Part shown: positions 19,930 through 29,331 of the stretch, piece by piece
Layout: each line of letters opens with the position of its first letter
How positions within the stretch are numbered: position 1 is the stretch's first letter
Origin: a virus
Lineage: Duplodnaviria > Caudoviricetes
Strand: one strand, 5' to 3'
Length of the DNA: 64,000 nucleotides
IMG/VR virus record: IMGVR_UViG_3300024507_000173
Coordinates: 1-64,000 of that record
Program-made: the position numbers and the translations under genes
The notes under the pieces: model-generated
Seen by the model: only the letters and a program-made list of their open reading frames with translations
Databases searched by the model: none
What the model was told of the DNA's origin: nothing

Positions 19930-22395
19930 ATGATTACCTGGATCACACCTGCAGGAAGTTTAGGGATATTACCTGAAAAAGTTATATCAGAAACAATAAT
20001 TGAAGCATCTTCAGATGTTGGGGATATCACCTTTACACTTATTTCAGGAAGTTTACCAAGAGGTTTAAAACTTACCGGAAATACAATAACAGGTACTCCT
20101 GTAGAAGTTAGAGTATATACAGAAAGTAAATTTGTTATTCGAGCACAAGATAGTAATGATTTAAAAGATCAAACTTTTATCATAGGCATCGACGGTGCTG
20201 ACAGACCCTACTGGCTGACCAACGAAGGATTTTTAAATGTTGGCAGAGGCGAAGCATATTTTGTTCTCGATAACGATTATGTTAATTTTCAATTAGAAGC
20301 CAGAGATACAGATTTAACAGCAGGAGATAATTTAGAATTTTATCTAGTCCCTAACGGTGGGGAACTACCTCCTGGATTAAGTTTAAGTAAAGATGGTATA
20401 ATTTCTGGATTTACTGATCCCATATTTGCTTTAGAATATTCCGGTAATCCTTACGGGGGATACGATACAGCACCATTGGACGTTGTTCCATTAGATTTCG
20501 TAGAAGCTAAATCAAACGGTTACGATACATTTTATTACGACGATGTAACCTATGATTACAATGATCCAAGCAGAACCCCGAGACGATTAAGTAGAATATA
20601 TAATTTTGTTGTAGGAATATCGGACGGTATCTATACCGAGACTAGATTGTTTAAAATATATGTTGTCACTGAAGAATTTCTACAGGCAGATAACAGTATT
20701 GTACAAGTAGATACAAATTTATTCCAAGCAGACGCTAGTAGTTTTAGACTTCCGTTATGGATTACTGAAAGTTATCTAGGACGTTTTAGAGCAAATAATT
20801 ATGTAATTATATTTTTAGATGTTTATAATCCGCCGACATTAACTGGTACTACTGTATATTTTCTTGTTCCAACAAATCCAGATAACAGTGAAAGTGTGTT
20901 GCCTCCCGGAACTGAAATTGACACAATGACCGGAGAGATTGCAGGGAAGGTACCGTATCAGGCAAGGATAACCAAAACATATCAATTTACAATTAGGGCT
21001 ACTAATTTTTCATCTACTCTAGCCTACACAAATTATACATATAAAGGTCTTTGGAATTCCGGTATAACATATTCAATAAACGATGCTGTAGAATTTCAAA
21101 ATAACATCTATGTTTGTATAACTGCTCATAAAAATAGATTACCAACCGATGTAAGTTATTGGTTCCAAGGAACAGCGTATGCAGATAAAACATTTACAGT
21201 TGATGTTATTGGAGAGATCGAAAGTGCTGTTAATTGGATTTCAGATTCTGACTTAGGAACTATTAAACCAAATCAGCCTAGCAGATTATCTGTAGAGGCA
21301 GAAAGTTTACTCTACGGAGGACACATAGGCTACGAATGGGTCAGTGGAAAATTGCCGCCAGGATTAACATTCTATCCTACTGGGCTTATTGAAGGAAAAG
21401 TAAAACAATTTGCCGATGATGCGGGAGATGGTCTAACAAGATTTTACGAAAGAACAGATTCAGCTGAAGACAGCTCTACATTAAGTAGAGAATTTAGTGG
21501 AACTTGGGATCAAGGAACAACAACCTTTGACAAGAAGTTTACATTTACAATTCGAGCTAGAGATTCTGTAAATTTTGCCACACTCGATAAGACTTTTTAT
21601 TTTACTGTAATATCAGATAATACAAAAACATTTGCTAATCTTTATCTAAAAGCATTTCAAACTAAAGAAAAGAGATTGGCGTGGTACGATTTTATAACTG
21701 ATGTTACTATTTTTAAACCGGACGATTTATATCGTTATGGAGATAAAAATTTTGGAGTTCAAACTTCATTGAAAGTGTTAGTGTTTGCAGGCATTGAAAG
21801 TGTTGAGGCTGTAAAATATGTCCAGGCAATCAGTCGAAATCACTACAATAAAAAATTAAAATTTGGAAATTTAAAAATTGTAAAGGCTAAAGATCCTATT
21901 ACTCAAGAAACAATCTACGAATTAATCTATGTAGAAATAGTTGATGAATTTGAAAAAAATGGTAAAAGTATTAAAGATACCATAAACTTATCAAATACAA
22001 TAAAAAGTAAAGTCTTAGTAAGCTACGATGCTATTAAAATAGATAGCGATATTCCGTTAGTTAGTGACAGTGACCATCAACGTATATTTCCAAATTCTAT
22101 TAAAAATATGAGAAATAGAATTAAGACTGTAGGCGACAACGACAGAGAATTTTTACCTCTTTGGATGAGGAGTATTCAAGACCAATCAACCTACGAAACA
22201 GGATATACAAAAGCACTTCCATTGTGCTATTGTAATCCAGGCGCATCTGCTTCAGTTTTATCAAGAATTAAAGCCAGCGGGTTTGATTTTAAAACAATTA
22301 ATTTTGAAGCAGATAGATATGTAATAGATATTATAGACGGAGTGATAGAGGATAAATACCTTGCATTTCCGCAACGTGGAGAAAAATTACCGTGA
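19930..22395 (+). CDS. Baseplate/structural protein with putative Ig (He_PIG-like) domains and a CBM-like insert
   Basis: Repeated SGxLPxGLxL..G.I.G motifs and a W.SG.TY..ND.V.F....Y.C carbohydrate-binding-like module. Confidence 0.7.
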   Translation: MITWITPAGSLGILPEKVISETIIEASSDVGDITFTLISGSLPRGLKLTGNTITGTPVEVRVYTESKFVIRAQDSNDLKDQTFIIGIDGADRPYWLTNEGFLNVGRGEAYFVLDNDYVNFQLEARDTDLTAGDNLEFYLVPNGGELPPGLSLSKDGIISGFTDPIFALEYSGNPYGGYDTAPLDVVPLDFVEAKSNGYDTFYYDDVTYDYNDPSRTPRRLSRIYNFVVGISDGIYTETRLFKIYVVTEEFLQADNSIVQVDTNLFQADASSFRLPLWITESYLGRFRANNYVIIFLDVYNPPTLTGTTVYFLVPTNPDNSESVLPPGTEIDTMTGEIAGKVPYQARITKTYQFTIRATNFSSTLAYTNYTYKGLWNSGITYSINDAVEFQNNIYVCITAHKNRLPTDVSYWFQGTAYADKTFTVDVIGEIESAVNWISDSDLGTIKPNQPSRLSVEAESLLYGGHIGYEWVSGKLPPGLTFYPTGLIEGKVKQFADDAGDGLTRFYERTDSAEDSSTLSREFSGTWDQGTTTFDKKFTFTIRARDSVNFATLDKTFYFTVISDNTKTFANLYLKAFQTKEKRLAWYDFITDVTIFKPDDLYRYGDKNFGVQTSLKVLVFAGIESVEAVKYVQAISRNHYNKKLKFGNLKIVKAKDPITQETIYELIYVEIVDEFEKNGKSIKDTINLSNTIKSKVLVSYDAIKIDSDIPLVSDSDHQRIFPNSIKNMRNRIKTVGDNDREFLPLWMRSIQDQSTYETGYTKALPLCYCNPGASASVLSRIKASGFDFKTINFEADRYVIDIIDGVIEDKYLAFPQRGEKLP

Positions 22396-22979
22396 CAAGC
22401 AACATTAATTACGCAGCAATTAACGAAAACTTTCCTAGAGCTGGGCAGGATAACGATACACAGGTTTTTCGTGACAACTTTAATCAAATTAAAGATAACT
22501 TTATAGCAGCTAAAAGTGAAATTGAAGATCTACAACAAAACGCTGCAAGAACTGACCAGGATAATGAATTTTTTGGAAACAAGATCGTTAATGCGATGTT
22601 TGTTAACACAACAGATGTAATAATTCCATCCGAACTGGCAATATCAAGCGGAATAGTAGATATTGAATTTGCCAGTGGCGCATATCAAATCATTACGTTA
22701 GGTGATAATGCAACATTTAATTTAACAGGCTTTCCAGCTGACTCGACATCAGTTGGTAAAGTTACATTAGAATTGTACACTAACGATGCTCTTACACCAA
22801 GAGAAATTACATTTTCTTTATCAGGAACTGGTGCTACTCAAAAGAAGAAAAATAATTTTCCATCTGTTGGAGGAGCGTATGATCTAGAAGCGTTATCAGA
22901 TGTAGATCCTGTTATTGTTGAAATTTGGAGACACGGCCCAGACACATTCTTTATGAACTATGTTGGCCAATTTAGCTAA
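22392..22979 (+). CDS. Virion structural protein
   Basis: NFPRAGQDNDTQVFRDNF N-terminus related to the fibre anchor motif. GATAAATA late box at 22351-22358. Confidence 0.6.
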   Translation: MTSNINYAAINENFPRAGQDNDTQVFRDNFNQIKDNFIAAKSEIEDLQQNAARTDQDNEFFGNKIVNAMFVNTTDVIIPSELAISSGIVDIEFASGAYQIITLGDNATFNLTGFPADSTSVGKVTLELYTNDALTPREITFSLSGTGATQKKKNNFPSVGGAYDLEALSDVDPVIVEIWRHGPDTFFMNYVGQFS

Positions 22980-23209
22980 TGTTTCATCCACTAATTGGTG
23001 ATTTAACCAATCTAAAAGATCAAGAAGTTGAAAATAAACTTCTTGAATTGAACAAAAAATATTACGCTGCCGCACGTTTAGGCAGCGCAGATCTATTGAC
23101 ACAACTATCAACTTGTATTACAATATATAAAGAAGAGCTCAGCAAAAGGCATCTACAAAAATTGAAACAAGCAGATGGTGATTTAGGTCAATTGATCAAT
23201 GTCGATTAA
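22979..23209 (+). CDS. Hypothetical protein
   Basis: 76-aa ORF with TAATG coupling to the upstream gene. Confidence 0.65.
   Translation: MFHPLIGDLTNLKDQEVENKLLELNKKYYAAARLGSADLLTQLSTCITIYKEELSKRHLQKLKQADGDLGQLINVD
23096..23124 (+). promoter_or_regulatory. Sigma70-type promoter
   Basis: TTGACA(23096)-17 bp-TACAAT(23119), upstream of the DnaE fragment. Confidence 0.6.
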
Positions 23210-23663
23210 TAACACAACAGAACAACTTATAGAAGGTATATTAAGGCACGGTCCAGATATCTTGGAACATTGCCCCTGTTCTGATGATCTAACTCAATAC
23301 GTTAATAGAATACATCAAGAACATCTGCATTATCCAATACCACCTAAAGAAATAAATCCAAAACACTGGTTCATTCCCGACGATTATTATCCAAATCTTG
23401 TAGAAATGCTCTACGGAATGTGCGAAACTGATGAACAAAGAGATCGAGTAAGTCAGGAACTAGAACTTTACATTAAGTACGGTATGTCTGATGTACTCTA
23501 TGTTATGAAGTATATTGTAGATACTCTTAGGGCAAACAATGTAGTTTGGGGTGTAGGACGTGGAAGTTCTGTAGCAAGTTACGTACTCTATTTGATAGGG
23601 GTACATAAGATAGATAGTATTAAATACAATTTACCAATAGAAGAATTCTTCAAGGAGATATAA
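23199..23663 (+). CDS. Stand-alone DNA polymerase III alpha (DnaE)-like fragment
   Basis: R...EL...GVGRGSSVASYVLYLIGVHKIDSIKYNLPIEEFF matches the DnaE GxGRGS...YxLxFERF segment. Confidence 0.75.
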   Translation: MSINNTTEQLIEGILRHGPDILEHCPCSDDLTQYVNRIHQEHLHYPIPPKEINPKHWFIPDDYYPNLVEMLYGMCETDEQRDRVSQELELYIKYGMSDVLYVMKYIVDTLRANNVVWGVGRGSSVASYVLYLIGVHKIDSIKYNLPIEEFFKEI

Positions 23664-23664
23664 A

Positions 23665-23895
23665 ATGGGTAAAACATATATGAGTATGCGCGGTAAAGAA
23701 GTAGACATGGAAAAAATGGGTCTACGTTTTGAAAAAACTCCCGCAGTAGGAAATATGAAAGTAAATGCTCGCGGTGACGAGTTAGGTGAAGGTGGAAAAA
23801 TTGTTAGAACTAGAGAACAGGTTTTACAAGATTATTATGCCCAGAACCCAAATGCATTGCGTGAAGAAGTAGCAACTCGCGGCAATAAAAAATGA
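23665..23895 (+). CDS. Hypothetical protein
   Basis: Strong AAGGAG RBS and a TAAATA box at 23621-23626. Confidence 0.7.
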   Translation: MGKTYMSMRGKEVDMEKMGLRFEKTPAVGNMKVNARGDELGEGGKIVRTREQVLQDYYAQNPNALREEVATRGNKK

Positions 23896-23902
23896 GGTAA
23901 AG

Positions 23903-24301
23903 ATGGCCACACAATTCGAAGCACGACAAATGCAGGTACGCCCCCTGCCTAAGGATATCTTAGTTTATAATATGGATATGGGCGAACAAACAACCAAATC
24001 CGGCATTGTCATCCAAAGCGATGACGGTAAGGCACACGGTGTTAAGCCTCGTTGGGCTCAAGTCTATAAAGTAGGCGAACGGTGTGAACTTGATGTTAAG
24101 CCAGGACAATGGATCCTTATTGAACACGGTCGTTGGACTCGTAAGATCAAAATTGACGACGGTGAATCTATCAAGGAAGTTCAAAAAGTAGAAGTTGCTT
24201 CTATACTTGCCGTTACGGATGAACGTCCCGATACTGCCTATTGGGGACAAGAGTTTTCAAATGGCGACAGTCTAAATATTAGACCAGAAGACTTTATGTA
24301 A
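23903..24301 (+). CDS. groES: GroES-like co-chaperonin
   Basis: VRPL...EQTTKSGIVI...VYKVG...VKPGQ...ILAV pattern. Confidence 0.8.
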   Translation: MATQFEARQMQVRPLPKDILVYNMDMGEQTTKSGIVIQSDDGKAHGVKPRWAQVYKVGERCELDVKPGQWILIEHGRWTRKIKIDDGESIKEVQKVEVASILAVTDERPDTAYWGQEFSNGDSLNIRPEDFM

Positions 24302-24546
24302 TGGGTTTCAAGAAGTCTTGGGATGTTAGTGAAATAACATCCCAAATACACAATCTCTCCAGAAATTGTTCTAGTTCTTATACAGACGGATTTACCGCGT
24401 TTGAACTAAAAAAAGAACTTTACCTCCTTAAAGAAGTTATCGATCGTGCTCTAAAAGATGCTCCTGATTTTGGCGAGTTGGAAAAAGACTGGTTGACAGG
24501 GCAAGAACAAAAGCGTATCATTAATATATTAAAATCAAAGGAATAA
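24301..24546 (+). CDS. Hypothetical protein
   Basis: 81-aa coupled ORF. Confidence 0.6.
   Translation: MGFKKSWDVSEITSQIHNLSRNCSSSYTDGFTAFELKKELYLLKEVIDRALKDAPDFGELEKDWLTGQEQKRIINILKSKE
24493..24521 (+). promoter_or_regulatory. Sigma70-type promoter
   Basis: TTGACA(24493)-17 bp-TATCAT(24516), upstream of 24549. Confidence 0.6.
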
Positions 24547-24548
24547 TA

Positions 24549-24920
24549 ATGACTAATCCGTTTCGTGATCAAGAGAAATTTATGCGAGCCTGCGACCAAA
24601 CAGTTGAAGGCTTTAATCAAGATCAGTTTAAATTGTATCTTGATTTAATGGAAGAAGAATGGAAAGAATTAAAAGTAGCGATTGACAATAGTGATCAAGT
24701 TGAAACTTTAGATGCTTTATTAGATTTTATTGTTGTTACTGTAGGTGCAATTCATTCAGCCGGCTTCGACGGAGAAGGTGGTTGGAAAGAAGTTATGCGT
24801 ACAAATTTTGCTAAGATCGATTCCGAGACTGGTAAAGTTCGTAAACGTGAAGATGGCAAAGTACTCAAACCCTTAGGCTGGACTCCTCCAGACCTTAAAC
24901 CTTTTGTGGAAAAGAAATGA
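24549..24920 (+). CDS. MazG-like/PRA-PH family all-alpha NTP pyrophosphatase
   Basis: EEWKEL...ETLDALLD...EVMRTNFAK...REDGKVLKP.GW.PPDL. Confidence 0.8.
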   Translation: MTNPFRDQEKFMRACDQTVEGFNQDQFKLYLDLMEEEWKELKVAIDNSDQVETLDALLDFIVVTVGAIHSAGFDGEGGWKEVMRTNFAKIDSETGKVRKREDGKVLKPLGWTPPDLKPFVEKK

Positions 24921-25363
24921 AAAAAGGATTCACCTGTTCCACATTTGATCTGTTTCACGCCGGGCATATTATGATGCTCAAAGAAGCAAAAACTCAATGC
25001 GACTATTTGATAGTAGGTCTACAAACAGATCCTACAATTGATCGCCCGGGAATTAAAAATAAACCTATTCAAAGTATATTTGAGCGTTACGAGCAACTCA
25101 AGGCCTGCAAGTACGTTGACGAAATACTAGTCTACGAAACAGAAGCTGACCTTGTAAATATCTTGCTTTCTTATCCCATTGATGTTAGAATACTAGGACA
25201 AGAATACGAAAATGAGGATTTTACAGGTCGCTGGGAATGTAATGATCGAGGAATTGAGTTTTATTTTAATAAACGAGAACACAATTTTTCAACAACAGAA
25301 CTAAGACAACGTGTCATAGCCGCTGAAATTAATAAGGGATTAAAAAATGGAAATCCAACCTAA
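24917..25363 (+). CDS. TagD-like cytidylyltransferase
   Basis: TFDLFHAGH (HxGH) motif, LIVGL, KYVDEI and STTELR. Confidence 0.85.
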   Translation: MKKGFTCSTFDLFHAGHIMMLKEAKTQCDYLIVGLQTDPTIDRPGIKNKPIQSIFERYEQLKACKYVDEILVYETEADLVNILLSYPIDVRILGQEYENEDFTGRWECNDRGIEFYFNKREHNFSTTELRQRVIAAEINKGLKNGNPT

Positions 25364-25517
25364 AGATACAAGCAAGGGACATTTTTATGTTAGCCTTGTA
25401 AAAAGTGCTGTACGTGTTGCTGCTGGTATTGCTCTTATTTGGCCTCAAAATATTATTCTTGCAGGTGCATTAATTATTGCAGCAGAAATTTTAGGCATTG
25501 CAGAGGAACTAGTATGA
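25347..25517 (+). CDS. Small membrane protein (56 aa, not in the ORF track)
   Basis: Translated by hand as MEIQPKDTSKGHFYVSLVKSAVRVAAGIALIWPQNIILAGALIIAAEILGIAEELV. Fills the gap and overlaps the next gene by ATGA. Confidence 0.7.
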   Translation: MEIQPKDTSKGHFYVSLVKSAVRVAAGIALIWPQNIILAGALIIAAEILGIAEELV

Positions 25518-26431
25518 AAGAATTGTGGGTAGAGAAGTATCGTCCAGCAAGGATTGATGGATATGTGTTTAGAGATGCACATCAACGCAGTCAAGTTGAA
25601 ACTTGGATTAAAGATCAAAGCATTCCTCATTTACTGTTAAGTGGATCGGCAGGCATTGGTAAAACTACTCTTGCTAAGATTCTTATTCACGAATTAGGAA
25701 TTGAAGACTATGATGTGTTAGAAATTAACGCATCGCGTACAAACTCTGTTGAGGATGTTCGTGACAAGATCACAAACTTTGTACAAATGATTCCTTTTGG
25801 CCCATTCAAAGTTGTATTGCTTGACGAGGCCGATTATCTTTCACCGAACGCACAGGCAGCACTCCGCGGAGTAATGGAGGAATACCATGCAACAGCTCGC
25901 TTCATTCTTACTTGTAACTATCCCAATCGTATTATTCCTGCTATACATTCGCGGTGTCAAGGCTTCCACGTCGAACGTACTGATATTACAGAGTTTACTG
26001 CTCGTGTGGCTACTATCCTCGTCGATGAAGGTGTGGACTTTGATCTTGACACCTTGGATAATTACGTAAAGGTAACTTATCCAGACCTTCGTAAGTGTAT
26101 TAACCTAGTACAACAAAATGTTAATGAGGGCAAACTAGCTGCTCCTAACAAAGGCGATCAAGGCGAAGCAGACTGGAAGTTTGATATGGTTACCTTGTTT
26201 AAGGCTGGCAAGATCACAGAAGCACGTAAGATGCTCTGTGGTAAGATTCGCGCAGAAGAAATGGAAGAAGTATATCGTTGGCTTTATGACAACTTAGATA
26301 TCTTTGGAGCAGAAGATAATCAAGACAAAGCAATTCTATTAATTAAACAAGGTCTTGTAGATCATACAATCTGTGCAGATCCGGAAATTAATCTTGCTGC
26401 TACATTGGTAAGACTTGCTAAATTGTTATGA
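25514..26431 (+). CDS. Clamp loader ATPase subunit (RFC/T4 gp44-like)
   Basis: WVEKYRP, GSAGIGKTT, LLDEAD and SRC motifs. Start moved to ATG 25514 (GAGGA RBS). Confidence 0.9.
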   Translation: MKELWVEKYRPARIDGYVFRDAHQRSQVETWIKDQSIPHLLLSGSAGIGKTTLAKILIHELGIEDYDVLEINASRTNSVEDVRDKITNFVQMIPFGPFKVVLLDEADYLSPNAQAALRGVMEEYHATARFILTCNYPNRIIPAIHSRCQGFHVERTDITEFTARVATILVDEGVDFDLDTLDNYVKVTYPDLRKCINLVQQNVNEGKLAAPNKGDQGEADWKFDMVTLFKAGKITEARKMLCGKIRAEEMEEVYRWLYDNLDIFGAEDNQDKAILLIKQGLVDHTICADPEINLAATLVRLAKLL

Positions 26432-26940
26432 AACAAAAATTTAAAGATCTTTATAAAGACTGGGCAAAACGTGTTGCAAAATTAAGTCACGCACAACGCC
26501 TTCACGTCGGCGCCGTTATTGTCAAAGACGACACAGTAATCAGCTATGGTTACAACGGTATGCCCGCAGGTTGGGAAAACAACTGCGAATATAGAGATTA
26601 TGACTCCGGAGCAGGAGGATGGCTTGATCCAGATGAATTTCTTGCCAAGTATCCCTACGAAGAATGGAATGAAGAAGCAGGTTGTAACGTTCATTTTGGT
26701 CTAAAAACTAAACCAGAAGTATTACACGCCGAATCAAATGCCATTGCTAAGTTAGCAAAATCACATAACAGCGGTCTTGGTGCTGATATTTTTATTACAC
26801 ACAGCCCCTGTATAGAATGTGCTAAACTTATCTATCAGTCCGGCATTAGTCGAGTGTTCTACGGAGAAAATTATCGAGATGATACAGGAATTAAATTCCT
26901 TGAAAAAAGCGGAATTGTTGTGGAGAAATTAGATGAGTGA
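26428..26940 (+). CDS. dCMP deaminase
   Basis: GYNG, HAESNA and SPCIECAK motifs. Confidence 0.9.
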   Translation: MKQKFKDLYKDWAKRVAKLSHAQRLHVGAVIVKDDTVISYGYNGMPAGWENNCEYRDYDSGAGGWLDPDEFLAKYPYEEWNEEAGCNVHFGLKTKPEVLHAESNAIAKLAKSHNSGLGADIFITHSPCIECAKLIYQSGISRVFYGENYRDDTGIKFLEKSGIVVEKLDE

Positions 26941-27175
26941 ACGTTATATGATTGTTACCTATGTTCGTAAGCCCACAGGCCTATGGGACGAAGTAACAGA
27001 GTTTAAAAATAATTTGAGAATGAAGCACATACAAACCGCTAAAGTCATCTTAGACTTTAAGGAAAAGAAGTGCGTAAAAAACGGGCTCAATCCAGATGCT
27101 GGATATGACGATATGCTCGAATTTTACAAGAGGATGCTAGGGGATCGGTTGACCCCCTATCTCCCTAAGGATTAA
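26933..27175 (+). CDS. Hypothetical protein
   Basis: 80-aa ORF with a GGAG RBS. Confidence 0.6.
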   Translation: MSERYMIVTYVRKPTGLWDEVTEFKNNLRMKHIQTAKVILDFKEKKCVKNGLNPDAGYDDMLEFYKRMLGDRLTPYLPKD

Positions 27176-27921
27176 CAGTCACCGTATATAGATAAAATCT
27201 CCTTTACCGCCTCGTGGCGTTCTACATCCTGTACGTCAAATTGTACTAGGTCTACGTATCGATGGTCTTTAAAATTATTATAGAGTTGTAAAAACTCTAA
27301 AAGACCATTGTTGCTAGGACGGTCTGCTTGTTGCAAGTCCCCAGTTACAACCATTTTAGACTCAGTTCCTAATCTCGTCAGCAACATTTTCATCTGGCTA
27401 GGTGTTGCATTCTGCATTTCATCTGCAATTACCACTGCGTTTTTGAATGTTCTGCCTCTCATATATGCTAAAGGACTGGTTTCTATCACCCCCTCTTCGA
27501 TCATATGTTGAATTTCTTTAGCATTGAAGTTTTCAGCAAAAACATCAAAAATAGGCTTGGTCCAGGGGGCCATTTTTTCATTTAAGTCTCCTGGGAGGAA
27601 TCCATGTTCCTCGTCTACTGATACAGCAGGTCTTGTAATAATGATCTTTTCCGCTTGCCCAAATTTTAACTGATCTACTGCCCACTGCACGGCCAGCATA
27701 GTTTTACCTGTACCGGCTGGGCCGATAGCAAATACAATCTTTTTCTGGGAATCGTTTAGTTTAAGTAGATAAGTCTCTTGACTTAGATTTTTTGGATAAA
27801 TTTGAACTCGCTTGCGCTTTTCGTTCAATCTGCGATCAATGTTGATTACATTACTGTCAAAGCGTGGATCGTACTGATCTGCTTGGTTACGCTGCTGCTT
27901 TTGCGCTCTATTTCTCTTCAT
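27172..27921 (-). CDS. phoH: PhoH family ATPase
   Basis: GPAGTGKT, TRPAV, GFLPGDL, YMRGRTF, DEMQN and TGDLQQAD. Confidence 0.95.
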   Translation of the reverse strand: MKRNRAQKQQRNQADQYDPRFDSNVINIDRRLNEKRKRVQIYPKNLSQETYLLKLNDSQKKIVFAIGPAGTGKTMLAVQWAVDQLKFGQAEKIIITRPAVSVDEEHGFLPGDLNEKMAPWTKPIFDVFAENFNAKEIQHMIEEGVIETSPLAYMRGRTFKNAVVIADEMQNATPSQMKMLLTRLGTESKMVVTGDLQQADRPSNNGLLEFLQLYNNFKDHRYVDLVQFDVQDVERHEAVKEILSIYGDC

Positions 27922-28065
27922 ATTAAGGTTAGCCCTCCTCTAAGTGCTAGGCACGGACCCTAAAAACCGTAGTGTCCGTGACCGAACACATTTTTATTTA
28001 ACATTTTCGTGAAAAAGTTATATGTAATGATTAAATTATCTCGATAAATACAAGTAGGAGAAATC

Positions 28066-28611
28066 ATGGCCGATATTAAAGATATTATTAATAATATAGA
28101 ACAGATCTACGGTTCTAACAATAGTTTAAATCTACTCAAAGATTTTGAGAGAGTAATTGACGAACTAGATGTATATGTTTTTGACAACTGGCTCGACGGT
28201 GAATTAGTATCCGGACCTCACGAAAGTCGCTATTTTGTAGAATGTACCTTTATGTGGCCTAAAGATGAAATGCCGGAACCCGAAGGTGCAAAACGTTTGT
28301 TAGAATACGGTTGCAAGGTTCAGGTTGCAGAAACAGAAATATCTTCTGTTAGAAAAATTAAAGACCCCGATGATATTAGACCAGGAACAAGAAAAGGTAA
28401 ACTAGATCGTCATCCAGTATGGATGATTAAAATTAAAATGCCTAAGAAATTAATGTCTGATATTAATAGAGGTTATACAGAATTAGATAAGAATAAGATT
28501 GAAGACATTGTTAGCGCATCTGGCGTTAATGCTCATATCGATCCAGCAGAACAACAAGCACAGGAAATGGCAAATGCAGAACAACCAGCAGCAGAACAAC
28601 CAGCAGCTTAA
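28066..28611 (+). CDS. Hypothetical protein (late)
   Basis: AGGAG RBS and CGATAAATA at 28042-28050. Confidence 0.75.
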   Translation: MADIKDIINNIEQIYGSNNSLNLLKDFERVIDELDVYVFDNWLDGELVSGPHESRYFVECTFMWPKDEMPEPEGAKRLLEYGCKVQVAETEISSVRKIKDPDDIRPGTRKGKLDRHPVWMIKIKMPKKLMSDINRGYTELDKNKIEDIVSASGVNAHIDPAEQQAQEMANAEQPAAEQPAA

Positions 28612-29329
28612 TGAAGGTCTTCGTCCTTTAGATTTACAAGAAATGATCCATCCCACATTTGAAGTAGACAGCTTCAAATCAAAAATGGGAGAAGATCAGG
28701 ACGTCTGTGTTGTTAGTTTCAAAGTAAAAGATAGAAGTCCAGCAAAAGACTTAATGGAGTTCATTGAAAAAGGATATTCATTTGTTTTAGACGCGGATGT
28801 TAGTTCTGGTGAAGACAATAGTGGCGAGTATTCAGTCTTTGTAGAAATTAGTCGTACTCCAAAGCTAGCAGAACAGATTAAGGACTTAACCTATGGTGTT
28901 CAACGACTAACAGGTATTGATAATTTTAAATTTAAATATTATAAAGATAATCAAGTACACGAAGTATCAGGCGATTCATTAAAACGTATCCCAGATACTC
29001 CTAATGATTATAAAGGGTTTATGCATAAGATGCAAACAGAAAATGTTAAACAGTTCTTTACAAAAACATTAATGGACGATTTAACATTAGATGGAGATGT
29101 TATCACTATTCACAAACCTTACAATAATAAAATTACACTACAGATTGTTAAAGACAGTACAACCGAATCTATCTTAGAAGGCATTGAAGACGGGTATTCA
29201 GTTGACGAAGCAGCAACTAGCGAGATGTTTTGGCTAACTAAAGTATTAGGCGACTACAACATTAATAAAGTTGGAGAAAATTTTGTTTTTAACAACGGCA
29301 GTCGTTCTATGTTATTGAAAAGGATATAA
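28574..29329 (+). CDS. Hypothetical protein (probable virion protein)
   Basis: Likely start ATG 28574 (MQNNQQQNNQQLNEGL), with an LNE-G putative head-protease site. Confidence 0.65.
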   Translation: MQNNQQQNNQQLNEGLRPLDLQEMIHPTFEVDSFKSKMGEDQDVCVVSFKVKDRSPAKDLMEFIEKGYSFVLDADVSSGEDNSGEYSVFVEISRTPKLAEQIKDLTYGVQRLTGIDNFKFKYYKDNQVHEVSGDSLKRIPDTPNDYKGFMHKMQTENVKQFFTKTLMDDLTLDGDVITIHKPYNNKITLQIVKDSTTESILEGIEDGYSVDEAATSEMFWLTKVLGDYNINKVGENFVFNNGSRSMLLKRI

Positions 29330-29331
29330 TA

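Noticed and set aside
27138-27160. AGGGG/CCCCT hairpin near the convergent phoH junction as a terminator
   Set aside because: It has a short stem, lies inside a coding region and has no U-tract on either strand.
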